Below, in pieces: positions 9,469 through 17,311 of a stretch of 64,000 nt of DNA. The stretch comes from Candidatus Beckwithbacteria bacterium (lineage in GTDB: Bacteria; Patescibacteriota; Microgenomatia; UBA1400; CG1-02-47-37): assembly GCA_026397255.1 (NCBI GenBank), contig JAPLVF010000013.1, positions 9,481 through 73,480 on the forward strand, given 5' to 3'. The position numbers and the translations under genes were made by a program. Below the pieces are notes generated by a model. That model did no database searches. It was not told where the DNA came from and was given only the letters and a program-made list of their open reading frames with translations. Each line of letters begins with the position of its first letter. Position 1 is the stretch's first letter.

Positions 9469-10080
9469 ATGACCGGAAAACTAATTGGGTTGTTTTTATT
9501 GGTACTGGGGCTAACTATAGGAGGAATATTTGCTTTCAGGCCAAAAGAAGTTAAACCAAATTTTAGTCTAAAAGTCGAAAACGGGGTGATGGGAGTTTTC
9601 CACGGCCAAGAAGTGATGCCGCCGGCAATTGACTTGGCTGCGGTTGAGCCGGAGACTCAGGTTCTGGGCGACGCCGACCCAAATGCAGAAAAACATATTT
9701 ACATTGATTTAAGTACCCAAACCCTAACCGCCTATCAGGGAGACAGTTTGTTTATGCAGGTTTTGGTTTCCACCGGAAAATGGGGCCGGACGCCGACCGG
9801 TGAATTTACGATCTGGTCCAAATTCCGGGCGACCCGCATGTCCGGCGGCTCAGGGAGCGACTATTACGACCTACCCAATGTCCCCTACGTGATGTTTTTT
9901 TCCGGCTCCGGGGTTGCCGCCGCCAAGGGCTTTTCCATGCATGGTACTTATTGGCATAATAATTTTGGCCACCCAATGAGCCATGGTTGTGTCAATATGA
10001 GGACCGTTGACGCCCAAAAACTATTTAATTGGGCCGGTATTAATGAAAAAATAACGATCTATGGTCAAGCCCCAGGCTAA
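9469..10080 (+). CDS. L,D-transpeptidase (YkuD domain) with N-terminal membrane anchor
   Basis: Catalytic segment HGTYWHNNFGHPMSHGCVNM with the invariant His...SHGC(V/I) Cys motif of L,D-transpeptidases. Hydrophobic N-terminus. Confidence 0.85.
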   Translation: MTGKLIGLFLLVLGLTIGGIFAFRPKEVKPNFSLKVENGVMGVFHGQEVMPPAIDLAAVEPETQVLGDADPNAEKHIYIDLSTQTLTAYQGDSLFMQVLVSTGKWGRTPTGEFTIWSKFRATRMSGGSGSDYYDLPNVPYVMFFSGSGVAAAKGFSMHGTYWHNNFGHPMSHGCVNMRTVDAQKLFNWAGINEKITIYGQAPG

Positions 10081-10660
10081 ATCATCACTGTTAATCATTA
10101 TTTGCGTGGCCGTTATCGGCGGGCTCATGTTTTGGCGCCTTAATCCCCAATCAATCCCAATTAAGGTTATTACCGAGCCGAGTCCCGGCCCGGTGCTAAA
10201 TTTATCTGCCAACTCATCAGACGGGAAAATTTACCTGGAGATGAAGCAGAAAAAGGAAGCGAATACAATAACCTGGACCATGACAGCTAAGCAAGGTGAG
10301 GAAACGGCAAAAACAATCTGGTGGCAGACTTTGCCGGCTGATACCACTATCTCTATTCCGCTCAACTCTGTCTCCCCGGATAATAAATATATGTTTTTAA
10401 AGCAAACCGGGCCCGATAAAACCCGCTATATAGTGTTAACCACCAGCGGCAAGCCGCTGGGTTCAGGATCGCAAACAGTGGAATTTGCCGAGTTGTTCGA
10501 GCTAAAGCACCCGGAATATATTATTACCGAGGTGACAGGCTGGGGCGGAACCAACTTAATTGTGTTTAATACTGACAAAATCGCGGGCGTAATTGGCCCA
10601 TCTTTTTGGTTTGACTTGTCCGGCAAATCGTTTATTCAGCTCTCCCACCGCTTTGATTAG
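10061..10660 (+). CDS. hypothetical membrane-anchored exported protein
   Basis: N-terminal TM helix. Overlaps the L,D-transpeptidase 3' end by 20 nt and is likely co-transcribed. Confidence 0.5.
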   Translation: MVKPQAKSSLLIIICVAVIGGLMFWRLNPQSIPIKVITEPSPGPVLNLSANSSDGKIYLEMKQKKEANTITWTMTAKQGEETAKTIWWQTLPADTTISIPLNSVSPDNKYMFLKQTGPDKTRYIVLTTSGKPLGSGSQTVEFAELFELKHPEYIITEVTGWGGTNLIVFNTDKIAGVIGPSFWFDLSGKSFIQLSHRFD

Positions 10661-10661
10661 T

Positions 10662-10691
10662 TTTTACTTTACTTCCCGGCTCTTTTCACTT
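10662..10691 (-). repeat. boundary motif copy 2
   Basis: Exact 30-mer TTTTACTTTACTTCCCGGCTCTTTTCACTT in the 38 bp gap between convergent genes. Confidence 0.7.
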
Positions 10692-10698
10692 GTTCTCT

Positions 10699-11307
10699 TT
10701 AATTTTCAAATATCATTTTCTTGTAAATTTTCCGGGTAGTCTCGACATCTTTTTCGCAGTACTCACAGATTTCTTTAATCCGGCCAGCTTGATAAGCCTT
10801 AGCCACGTCTTTACCTTCGATTTCCCCTTCTTTAGGGCTGGGAATGCCTAAAACCTTAGACAGCGCGTGCAAAGAAATTTTACTTTGCAGATTCCATTTG
10901 CTCCACTCGCACATAATGTCAAAGATGGGAAAGTTACGGTAGCGGGCAAAGTTTAAGTCTTTGCTGGGCTTAACGCCTAAAATAACCGATCTTTGGTAAA
11001 TAAACCTTAAATCAAAGTCCATCAGATTAAAGCCAATAAATAAATCCGCATTTTTGGCAATAGCCCAAAAATCCGTCAGCATTTTCTTTTCGTCTCCGGA
11101 AAGAGTTTTCACCGCTTCGTCATTAACGGCATAAGAAATGCAGGCGATGCGGCCGTAAGACCCGTCCAGTCCGGTGCTTTCGACAAACTCTTCAAAAGTT
11201 CTTGGGGTATATTTACTTCTTCTTTTCCTCTTATAAATATCTTTGAGGATCTCCCTCATTTCTTCCCCTGACGGCAAAGTTTCAATATCTAAGTAGAGTT
11301 TAGTCAT
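10699..11307 (-). CDS. DnaQ-like 3'-5' exonuclease, PolB-exonuclease-domain-related
   Basis: Exo I YLDIET, Exo II-like GFNLMDFDL and Exo III-like YCEKDVETT motifs in a ~200 aa protein. Confidence 0.6.
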   Translation of the reverse strand: MTKLYLDIETLPSGEEMREILKDIYKRKRRSKYTPRTFEEFVESTGLDGSYGRIACISYAVNDEAVKTLSGDEKKMLTDFWAIAKNADLFIGFNLMDFDLRFIYQRSVILGVKPSKDLNFARYRNFPIFDIMCEWSKWNLQSKISLHALSKVLGIPSPKEGEIEGKDVAKAYQAGRIKEICEYCEKDVETTRKIYKKMIFEN

Positions 11308-11374
11308 ATTTAAATTTTACTACTAATTATTACCTTTAGTTGATCTTTAAACCACTATTCTATATATTCAAGTC

Positions 11375-11986
11375 ATGAAATATGATGAGATGTTTAATAA
11401 AGTAAGGAATTTGGAATTTGATACAGAAATGTCTGTTTGTAAATCTCATGATACGGAACTTTATTTGCTTAGACCATCTGTTCTCTCCAAGAGATTTTCC
11501 ACATATAACGTAAAAAAGAATTTTCAAATATGGCTTAGAACTGTTGCAAGAAATTTTAGACCTAATCATCTTAGGGTTTTTATTGATTTAAACTTAAGGG
11601 TAAGAAGCAGACCAGATTTAAAGGAAAAAATGTTAGTTGCCTTTGATGACATTTTCTACGGTAAAGATCCTAACGAGGTAATTCAGGGTTTGAAAAAAGA
11701 AAAATTTGAACATTTTTTGAACCCAATTGAAATAATTGCTAATTTGTCACAACTTTTCATAATTGAGCAGGCTTACTCATACAACAAAGAAAGCAATTTT
11801 GACCCTCCTACGCTTTTTTACCAAGGATGGATAAGGCAAGTTTTAGATGATATTAAAGAAATTGATAATTTGTGTATGAGTATTTCTAGGGGTCAACCTG
11901 CAGCAGCAAAATATACATCGAAAGAAAATAAAAAAAGTAATAAATTCCAGGCTAAATTAAGGCCCTTGTGGTATATTGAGGCATAG
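11375..11986 (+). CDS. hypothetical protein, candidate restriction endonuclease partner
   Basis: AT-rich ORF convergent with, and overlapping by 35 bp, the DPPY DNA methyltransferase. Possible PD-(D/E)xK-like FDD...E.K segment. No direct homology recognised. Confidence 0.35.
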   Translation: MKYDEMFNKVRNLEFDTEMSVCKSHDTELYLLRPSVLSKRFSTYNVKKNFQIWLRTVARNFRPNHLRVFIDLNLRVRSRPDLKEKMLVAFDDIFYGKDPNEVIQGLKKEKFEHFLNPIEIIANLSQLFIIEQAYSYNKESNFDPPTLFYQGWIRQVLDDIKEIDNLCMSISRGQPAAAKYTSKENKKSNKFQAKLRPLWYIEA

Positions 11987-12812
11987 AATAGTTTTCTTTC
12001 ACTAATCTAAGCTGTTTTTTCTCAAGATTGGATTTTAGCTCTTCAAATCTTTGTATTGATAAATCTAAATACTGTTTTTCAGTGTCAATTCCAATAAATT
12101 TTCTTCCATATAAATAAGCGGCTAACCCCGTAGTGGAACTGCCGGTAAAAGGATCAAGGATTAAATCACCCTTTCTAGTACTGGCTAAAACTATTCTTTT
12201 AAGCAAGTCTATAGGTTTTTGAGTCGGATGTTTTCCAAATTTTTTCTCAATCGGTTTAGGCGTATTAATTGACCAAACTGATCTCATTTGCAAGTTCGCT
12301 TTTTTTAATTGGTCTTCCGGCCAATTACCATCTTTCATCAATTTATAGTTAAAGATGTGTTTACCTTCTTTGTCTTTTCTGGCCCAAATTAGGGTTTCGT
12401 GGCTAGCGGTAAAAAAACGGCAGCTTAAATTTGGAGAGGCATTCGGCTTAAACCAAGCAATATCGTTTAATATGTGAAATTTATTAATTTCTAAGGCCAG
12501 ACCGCATTGATAAATGGAGTGATAAGTTCCACTTACCCAAATAGTTCCATTGGGTTTTAAAATCTTTTTACATAGCTTTAACCATTCTCTATGAAATTCA
12601 AAATTTTTCTTTGTTCCATTACTTAAATCCCAGTCTCCTTTTTTTACACTAACCATTTTCCCGTTTTGGCAGGTGAAACTGCCGCTGGAAAGAAAATAAG
12701 GCGGGTCGGCAAAAATCATATCCACGGAATTCTCCGGAAACTGACTCAAGAGTTTTAAAGAATTACCCAAGTAAAGCTCAAAGTTTAGTTTTTCGTAGTA
12801 AGGTTTTAACAT
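11952..12812 (-). CDS. DNA methyltransferase, N6-adenine/N4-cytosine, beta-class
   Basis: Motif IV IFADPPYFL precedes motif I ILDPFTGSSTTGLAA, the order typical of beta-class amino-MTases (N4/N6 methylase domain). Confidence 0.85.
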   Translation of the reverse strand: MLKPYYEKLNFELYLGNSLKLLSQFPENSVDMIFADPPYFLSSGSFTCQNGKMVSVKKGDWDLSNGTKKNFEFHREWLKLCKKILKPNGTIWVSGTYHSIYQCGLALEINKFHILNDIAWFKPNASPNLSCRFFTASHETLIWARKDKEGKHIFNYKLMKDGNWPEDQLKKANLQMRSVWSINTPKPIEKKFGKHPTQKPIDLLKRIVLASTRKGDLILDPFTGSSTTGLAAYLYGRKFIGIDTEKQYLDLSIQRFEELKSNLEKKQLRLVKENYSMPQYTTRALI

Positions 12813-12893
12813 ATCTTTATGGGATCGGGTTTTATTTGTATATCTTCATTAAGAACCCTTTGGCAAATTTTGTCAACAACTACGTACTTATTA

Positions 12894-12918
12894 TTTTACT
12901 TCCCTATTCTTTTCACTT
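12894..12918 (-). repeat. boundary motif copy 3 (degenerate: TTTTACTTCCCTATTCTTTTCACTT)
   Basis: Shares TTTTACTTCCC and TCTTTTCACTT with copies 1 and 2. Lies between the ImmA stop and the MTase start. Confidence 0.6.
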
Positions 12919-12926
12919 ATGATGGC

Positions 12927-13421
12927 TTAATTCCAATTAGCTAATTTATCGTATAGCTTGGTTTCTTTTAATCTCCACATCATCATATCTTTACTTACCC
13001 AGTAATTTTTTGCTAATTCACTCCAAGATAAAGAGATAAGCCGTTCCGCTTTTATCAATTGTAAAGGCACTAATAATTCGGCGGCAAATTTATTAGCGGC
13101 CACCTCATCGGGATTTTTATTTGAAAAGTCTATTGTTCTGAAACCAGAATTATGCCCCATTAAAATATGCCCCAATTCATGAGCGATCGTATACCTTATC
13201 CTTGTTTCAGGTTTTTTATTATTATATATAATCTGAGTCGTTCCAACACTAAAACCATCCTCATCACCTAAATCTTTGCCTTGAACGGAAATTTTAAAGT
13301 CTACTTGTTTTAAAATTAAGTTTAGTCGAATTGGGGGAATTTTTTGAACACTTTGCTTAATAAGATTTCTGGCAAGTTTTAAAGCAAATCCATTGTCATT
13401 TGGTTCATCTTGAAAATTCAT
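12927..13421 (-). CDS. ImmA/IrrE-family zinc metallopeptidase
   Basis: HELGHILMGH HEXXH motif in a ~160 aa protein immediately downstream of, and overlapping, an XRE HTH gene (COG2856-type arrangement). Confidence 0.8.
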   Translation of the reverse strand: MNFQDEPNDNGFALKLARNLIKQSVQKIPPIRLNLILKQVDFKISVQGKDLGDEDGFSVGTTQIIYNNKKPETRIRYTIAHELGHILMGHNSGFRTIDFSNKNPDEVAANKFAAELLVPLQLIKAERLISLSWSELAKNYWVSKDMMMWRLKETKLYDKLANWN

Positions 13422-13737
13422 CTTTTGAAAGCCTTATGGCTTCATTAATGGCTTTATTAAATTTTGGGTTTTTAAGGGCCTTTTTCGAAGCACGGAAAGA
13501 AATATGAATTGATGGAACGCTAAAACCTTCAATTAATTCTTTCAGACTAACCTGTAATTCTCTAGCAATCTTGGATAACGTTCCAAGATTATTGATTTCT
13601 CTCTCGCCACTTTCATAAAGAGCGATTAATGAGGTAGAAAGTCCAAGTTTATTCCCCAACTCCTGTTGTGACGCCCCGACAGCTTCCCTTGCTTCTTTTA
13701 TGTTTTTCCCAATTTTTTTGAAATTTAACTCCATCAT
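13405..13737 (-). CDS. HTH XRE-family transcriptional regulator
   Basis: IKEAREAVGASQQELGNKLGLSTSLIALYESGER helix-turn-helix segment. Confidence 0.85.
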   Translation of the reverse strand: MMELNFKKIGKNIKEAREAVGASQQELGNKLGLSTSLIALYESGEREINNLGTLSKIARELQVSLKELIEGFSVPSIHISFRASKKALKNPKFNKAINEAIRLSKDEFSR

Positions 13738-13759
13738 GCTAGAGTTTAAACCAAAGTTG

Positions 13760-13815
13760 AAAATTTGTCAAATCTGCTTGTTGACTTTGTAAATATTTTT
13801 GTTACAATACAGACA
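13760..13815. promoter_or_regulatory. divergent promoter/operator region between the XRE gene and the payload genes
   Basis: TTGACT -35, 16 nt spacer, TACAAT -10 on the plus strand. The -35 is overlapped by an inverted repeat TTGTCAA-N9-TTGAC. Confidence 0.4.
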
Positions 13816-13841
13816 TAGTTACTAATTATTTTAATTTAATT

Positions 13842-14207
13842 ATGGGTAAAAGTTCAGAATCTAGACGTAAAAATGAACCGGTCGTTAAATCTCGGGGGTC
13901 AACGGGAAGTTATGCCGCCAGTGGTGGTAATAATTCTATTAAACAAGACTGTCTGTTTAGTCTAAAATTTGAGCAAAAAGTCCCTACTCTCATGACTGTA
14001 ATAGTTGGTCAATACGCTGTTTTGTTGCCGGATAATTCCAATCTTTACCTAAACGTGATTATTGACGGTCAAAGTGCCGGAAGATATTCAGGTAAAATGA
14101 GCAAAAAAGTAATTAAGTGTATTAGCGAGGGCTTTGTTTACGAAGGTAAGGTCATCTCTATTAAGGATAGCTCCCTGGCAGTAATCGAAGTTAAGGGCCG
14201 TGGATGA
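13842..14207 (+). CDS. hypothetical protein (121 aa)
   Basis: First gene divergent from XRE/ImmA. Stop overlaps the next start (ATGGATGA). Confidence 0.55.
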   Translation: MGKSSESRRKNEPVVKSRGSTGSYAASGGNNSIKQDCLFSLKFEQKVPTLMTVIVGQYAVLLPDNSNLYLNVIIDGQSAGRYSGKMSKKVIKCISEGFVYEGKVISIKDSSLAVIEVKGRG

Positions 14208-15186
14208 AAAAATTACAGATCAGTTAGAATTTTGGGGTCTCAATGGTTTATCAACAGCGCGCATATCCGGTTGTCCAGTCGTTGATTATTTAGATGATTG
14301 CGACAGCGCTTGTTATCCAACAAAACCTTCAAAGTACGAAGCGCTGACGTGTGGCAGCAAAAAAGGGGCTCAATTTTTGGGAGACGCAAGGGGGGCGACA
14401 TTAAACAACATTAAAGCGTTGAGGGTAAAAATTCCAAAACTGCCAATTTTCATCCCGGAATTACAACATGGTAGCAAGTACTTAGTTAATAATACTAAAT
14501 TAGATTGGGTGGCAGTCAAAATTGACGAAGTTGTGTCAAAACATGATTTAAAAGTTGCCGCTGATATTCGTAAAAGAATAGGAATCGATTCAAAAACAAA
14601 AGTACTATTACTTGGTTACGGATCCGACCGGTTTTTAGAGAATTTATGGACAAACAGGAAGAAAATCTTTCCTCAAATCGCCAGCTTGAAAGCGGATCTT
14701 TACACGGCCATTGACTATTCAGTTTTTCTCGTTCACCCACACCTCGAGAGAGTTCTTAACGTTAAAAGAAGTTTGGTGACTTTTGATATTTTACAAAGGC
14801 TAGGAGTTCCGGTCGTGCCGCATATTTATTGGAGCGGGGAAAAAGACATGAAAAGATGGGCGTTCTGGCTGAACCAAAATTCTGGAGTAAATTTAGTGTC
14901 CATGTATTTAGGTTGGATTAGAAAAAGCGAATGGGTGAAAATATTTTCAGAGCTTAAGTGTCTAAATAAATCGCTTGAGAGAAAAATAAATTACTTGATA
15001 AGCGGGCCGGGCAATTTAACAGAAATAAAACCGTTAAAAGAAATTCTCGGAAACGTAATTTTAACAGACGCAGAATGTGCCTTGAATGCGGCACATCATA
15101 AATTAAGTCAAAATAAATTAAAAGTTACTTACTATCCATTCAAGGAAAATTTAGATTACCATACAGAATTAGTAAAAGCCGCATAA
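14200..15186 (+). CDS. hypothetical protein (328 aa)
   Basis: Translationally coupled to the 121 aa ORF. No motif I can assign with confidence. Confidence 0.55.
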   Translation: MDEKITDQLEFWGLNGLSTARISGCPVVDYLDDCDSACYPTKPSKYEALTCGSKKGAQFLGDARGATLNNIKALRVKIPKLPIFIPELQHGSKYLVNNTKLDWVAVKIDEVVSKHDLKVAADIRKRIGIDSKTKVLLLGYGSDRFLENLWTNRKKIFPQIASLKADLYTAIDYSVFLVHPHLERVLNVKRSLVTFDILQRLGVPVVPHIYWSGEKDMKRWAFWLNQNSGVNLVSMYLGWIRKSEWVKIFSELKCLNKSLERKINYLISGPGNLTEIKPLKEILGNVILTDAECALNAAHHKLSQNKLKVTYYPFKENLDYHTELVKAA

Positions 15187-15201
15187 GGGGTGAGCAACCT
15201 G

Positions 15202-15267
15202 TGATAAGATAAATTTATGAAAAAAGTGATGGTGACGGGGAGCGGAGGGTTCATTGGAAGACAGCTG
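15202..15267 (+). pseudogene. duplicated epimerase promoter/5' end, copy A (MKKVMVTGSGGFIGRQL then stop)
   Basis: TGATAAGATAAATTTATGAAAAAAGTGATGGTGACGGGGAG... nearly identical to the true epimerase start at 17987-18045. Reading frame terminates after 17 codons. Confidence 0.7.
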
Positions 15268-15280
15268 TAGGACGGAAGCA

Positions 15281-15735
15281 CTATTTATAACTAGCAGGAC
15301 AGTTTTTTGCCTTGGTAAAACCGGCTTTACGGGCTTCGGCTTCGGTGCAGAACCAACTATCGCCGTTGTGCAATTGAACATCAACCTTGTTGTAGTAACC
15401 GCAGCCAGGAAAATAATAGGTCATTTCGCCGCTGTTCTGACTGATATCAGCAGAATTTAGTTTAATGTTGCCTTTTATTTGACAATCCGAATTTTCCGGG
15501 TTAAACCTTTGAGTGCAGAGTTCGCTAAAGACCCCCAGTTTGGCCGCCCTGGCTTTTTTGGTGGCCGGCAATTAAAGCCGCCTTATTCCCGCCATATTGA
15601 CTATGAACTTCCGACCAACCAGATGCCAGCATGTTTTCATCGACAGAACCGTCTTCAGTATAAACAAGAGAGATTAATCGGCTAGAATCGCGATAAACGA
15701 CCTTGAGATAAATGTCTTTATTTGGATTTTTTGGC
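15281..15735 (-). pseudogene. thermonuclease (SNase-like) remnant with Cys-rich C-terminal domain, frameshifted and N-terminally truncated
   Basis: Upstream frame encodes LISLVYTEDGSVDENMLASGWSEV, like the SNase C-terminal half. The 96 aa ORF in another frame encodes CQIKGNI...YYFPGCGYY...WFCTEAEARKAGF. A T6 run lies at the frame junction. Confidence 0.5.
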
Positions 15736-15777
15736 TCTTGCGGCAGGCATTACTTAATTGTAACTCAAGTGCAGAAA

Positions 15778-15808
15778 TCAAGTTGTGTTAAGATAAGGAG
15801 TGTTGATG
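15778..15808 (+). repeat. partial copy A' of the epimerase upstream sequence
   Basis: ATCAAGTTGTGTTAAGATAAGGAGTGTTGATGAA versus ATCAGTTGTGTGATAAGATAAGTTTATGAA at 17971-18000. Confidence 0.5.
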
Positions 15809-15812
15809 AAGG

Positions 15813-16277
15813 TTATTTTCTCTTACTTAATGACTTAACGATTAAATTTTGAGCCACAGCCGGATCTATGTGATCGGCTTTAATGAAAAGAATTTGGCGT
15901 TCAGGAAGATATTTCTCAGGCAAAAACCGCCAAATCATAGCAGGATCAATTTTAAACTCTGCTTTGGTATCAATAGGGATAATCGAATCGCCTTGCTGCG
16001 AAAGCCCGAGATCGCCTAATATAGTGTGAAATCCTAAACTCAGGTCATTGATTAATGAACGCCAGTTTTCCCGCTCTTGAAACGTAACCGGACTAACCAG
16101 AAAATAATATCCGGGGCGGGCTTTTATTTTCTGAGCGTCTTCAGGTTTACTCAGATCACAAAAACTAATTTGTTTTTCGCCAATTGCACCAATTTCCATA
16201 ATTGAAAGAACGGTGGTTACTCGCGAGGTTTTTCTGCCTGGATGGAATAATTTATCCCAAGTTTCTTTAAAAGACAT
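15813..16277 (-). CDS. hypothetical protein (154 aa)
   Basis: Second gene of a two-gene unit bounded by epimerase-5' repeat copies. No recognisable domain. Confidence 0.55.
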   Translation of the reverse strand: MSFKETWDKLFHPGRKTSRVTTVLSIMEIGAIGEKQISFCDLSKPEDAQKIKARPGYYFLVSPVTFQERENWRSLINDLSLGFHTILGDLGLSQQGDSIIPIDTKAEFKIDPAMIWRFLPEKYLPERQILFIKADHIDPAVAQNLIVKSLSKRK

Positions 16278-16298
16278 AGATTTCGGGCAGACGGGGAA

Positions 16299-17090
16299 TT
16301 ATACCAGGTTGGGGAAGAGAAAGCCTTTGATATCTAAAAAGTCAATTTTTTTATCCTTGACAAAAATCCTGTCTTTACCACTGATATCAATTTGCCTGGG
16401 AACATAAATTAAGCCGTTAATTTCCCTTAAATCATCCGGTAATACTTGTTTCTTTCGGGAAAAAGCTGAAAGTTTATCGGTAAAATCCTTCAGCGGACTC
16501 ATCCTTTGTCGATGTAAAGCATAACTCGATTCTTTTGGTTTAACAAACAACTTTAAGATGCTTAATTTTGTTTGCTTATTTTGCTTCTCTACTAATGCCT
16601 CTAAGCGAGCTTGAGTATCATCCTTTTCCAACATTGGATTGGCGCCGCTTAAAATTAATAAACCTTCGTTATCCCCAATCACTGTTTTAACGCCGGTAAA
16701 AAATTTCCTTAATTTGAGAACGGCTTGTTTCATTGAATGAAATCTGCCTTCTCTAAATTCAATCGGCTGGTGAAGGCCAACAGCATTACCATGGTTATCT
16801 TTGGCCAACATCAGGGCGCAAAAACTGGCACCATGTATAAAAATTACGGCCGGATCTGTTTCAGTGGAAATAATATTCTCAGAATCTTTGATTTTTTCAA
16901 ATCCGGGCGTGGTTTCATAGACAGTCGGATCTGCCGAGCGAACCTTAAAGCCACTTTTAGGCAAAGATTGCTGTAAATTTTCCGGAGAGGCGTAAGCAAT
17001 TGTGGTATCAAATTTTTTTAGGACATCAAGTATAGGAGAAGGTTCAAGCGTTTGGGGTAAACCCCGGTTAATTTCAAAAAAATCCTGCAT
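16299..17090 (-). CDS. hypothetical protein (263 aa)
   Basis: First gene of the two-gene unit. No recognisable domain. Confidence 0.55.
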   Translation of the reverse strand: MQDFFEINRGLPQTLEPSPILDVLKKFDTTIAYASPENLQQSLPKSGFKVRSADPTVYETTPGFEKIKDSENIISTETDPAVIFIHGASFCALMLAKDNHGNAVGLHQPIEFREGRFHSMKQAVLKLRKFFTGVKTVIGDNEGLLILSGANPMLEKDDTQARLEALVEKQNKQTKLSILKLFVKPKESSYALHRQRMSPLKDFTDKLSAFSRKKQVLPDDLREINGLIYVPRQIDISGKDRIFVKDKKIDFLDIKGFLFPNLV

Positions 17091-17100
17091 ATTTATTATA

Positions 17101-17157
17101 TGATAAGATAAGTTTATGAAAAAAGCGATGGTGACGGGGAGCTCGGGGTTTATCTAA
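17101..17157 (+). pseudogene. duplicated epimerase promoter/5' end, copy B (MKKAMVTGSSGFI then stop)
   Basis: 53 nt almost identical to 17981-18033, then divergence and a TAA stop. Confidence 0.7.
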
Positions 17158-17243
17158 AGACACCTGATAGAAAGACTGAAAAAGGAAAAGTTTAAGAAAT
17201 TTGTCAATAGCCGCTTGACAACGTGCTATAATGAAATTACATA

Positions 17244-17311
17244 GACCCTGTTTCTGAATTGTCACCGTAAGGTGCGCGTTCTCAACTAACGTTGAGATAG
17301 GAACCAGGGTC
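17244..17311. other. structured RNA-like element (long closing stem with two internal hairpins, one with a GNRA loop)
   Basis: GACCCTGTTTCT pairs with AGGAACCAGGGTC, enclosing CACC-GTAA-GGTG and TCTCAAC-TAAC-GTTGAGA hairpins. Lies 3 nt beyond the DUF3800 stop on the minus strand. Confidence 0.3.

Noticed and set aside
13842-15186. Thought the 328 aa payload protein might be a TGT-like (DpdA/queuine transglycosylase-fold) enzyme because of the LLLGYGSD and ISGPGNL segments.
   Set aside because: No zinc-binding CxCxxC...H cluster, and no convincing match to the TGT catalytic Asp motifs by eye. Left as hypothetical.
17215-17232. Perfect TTGACA and TATAAT hexamers suggesting a strong promoter.
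   Set aside because: The spacer is only 6 nt, incompatible with sigma70 geometry. More likely a chance match or part of the TTGTCAA-N7-TTGACAA palindrome.
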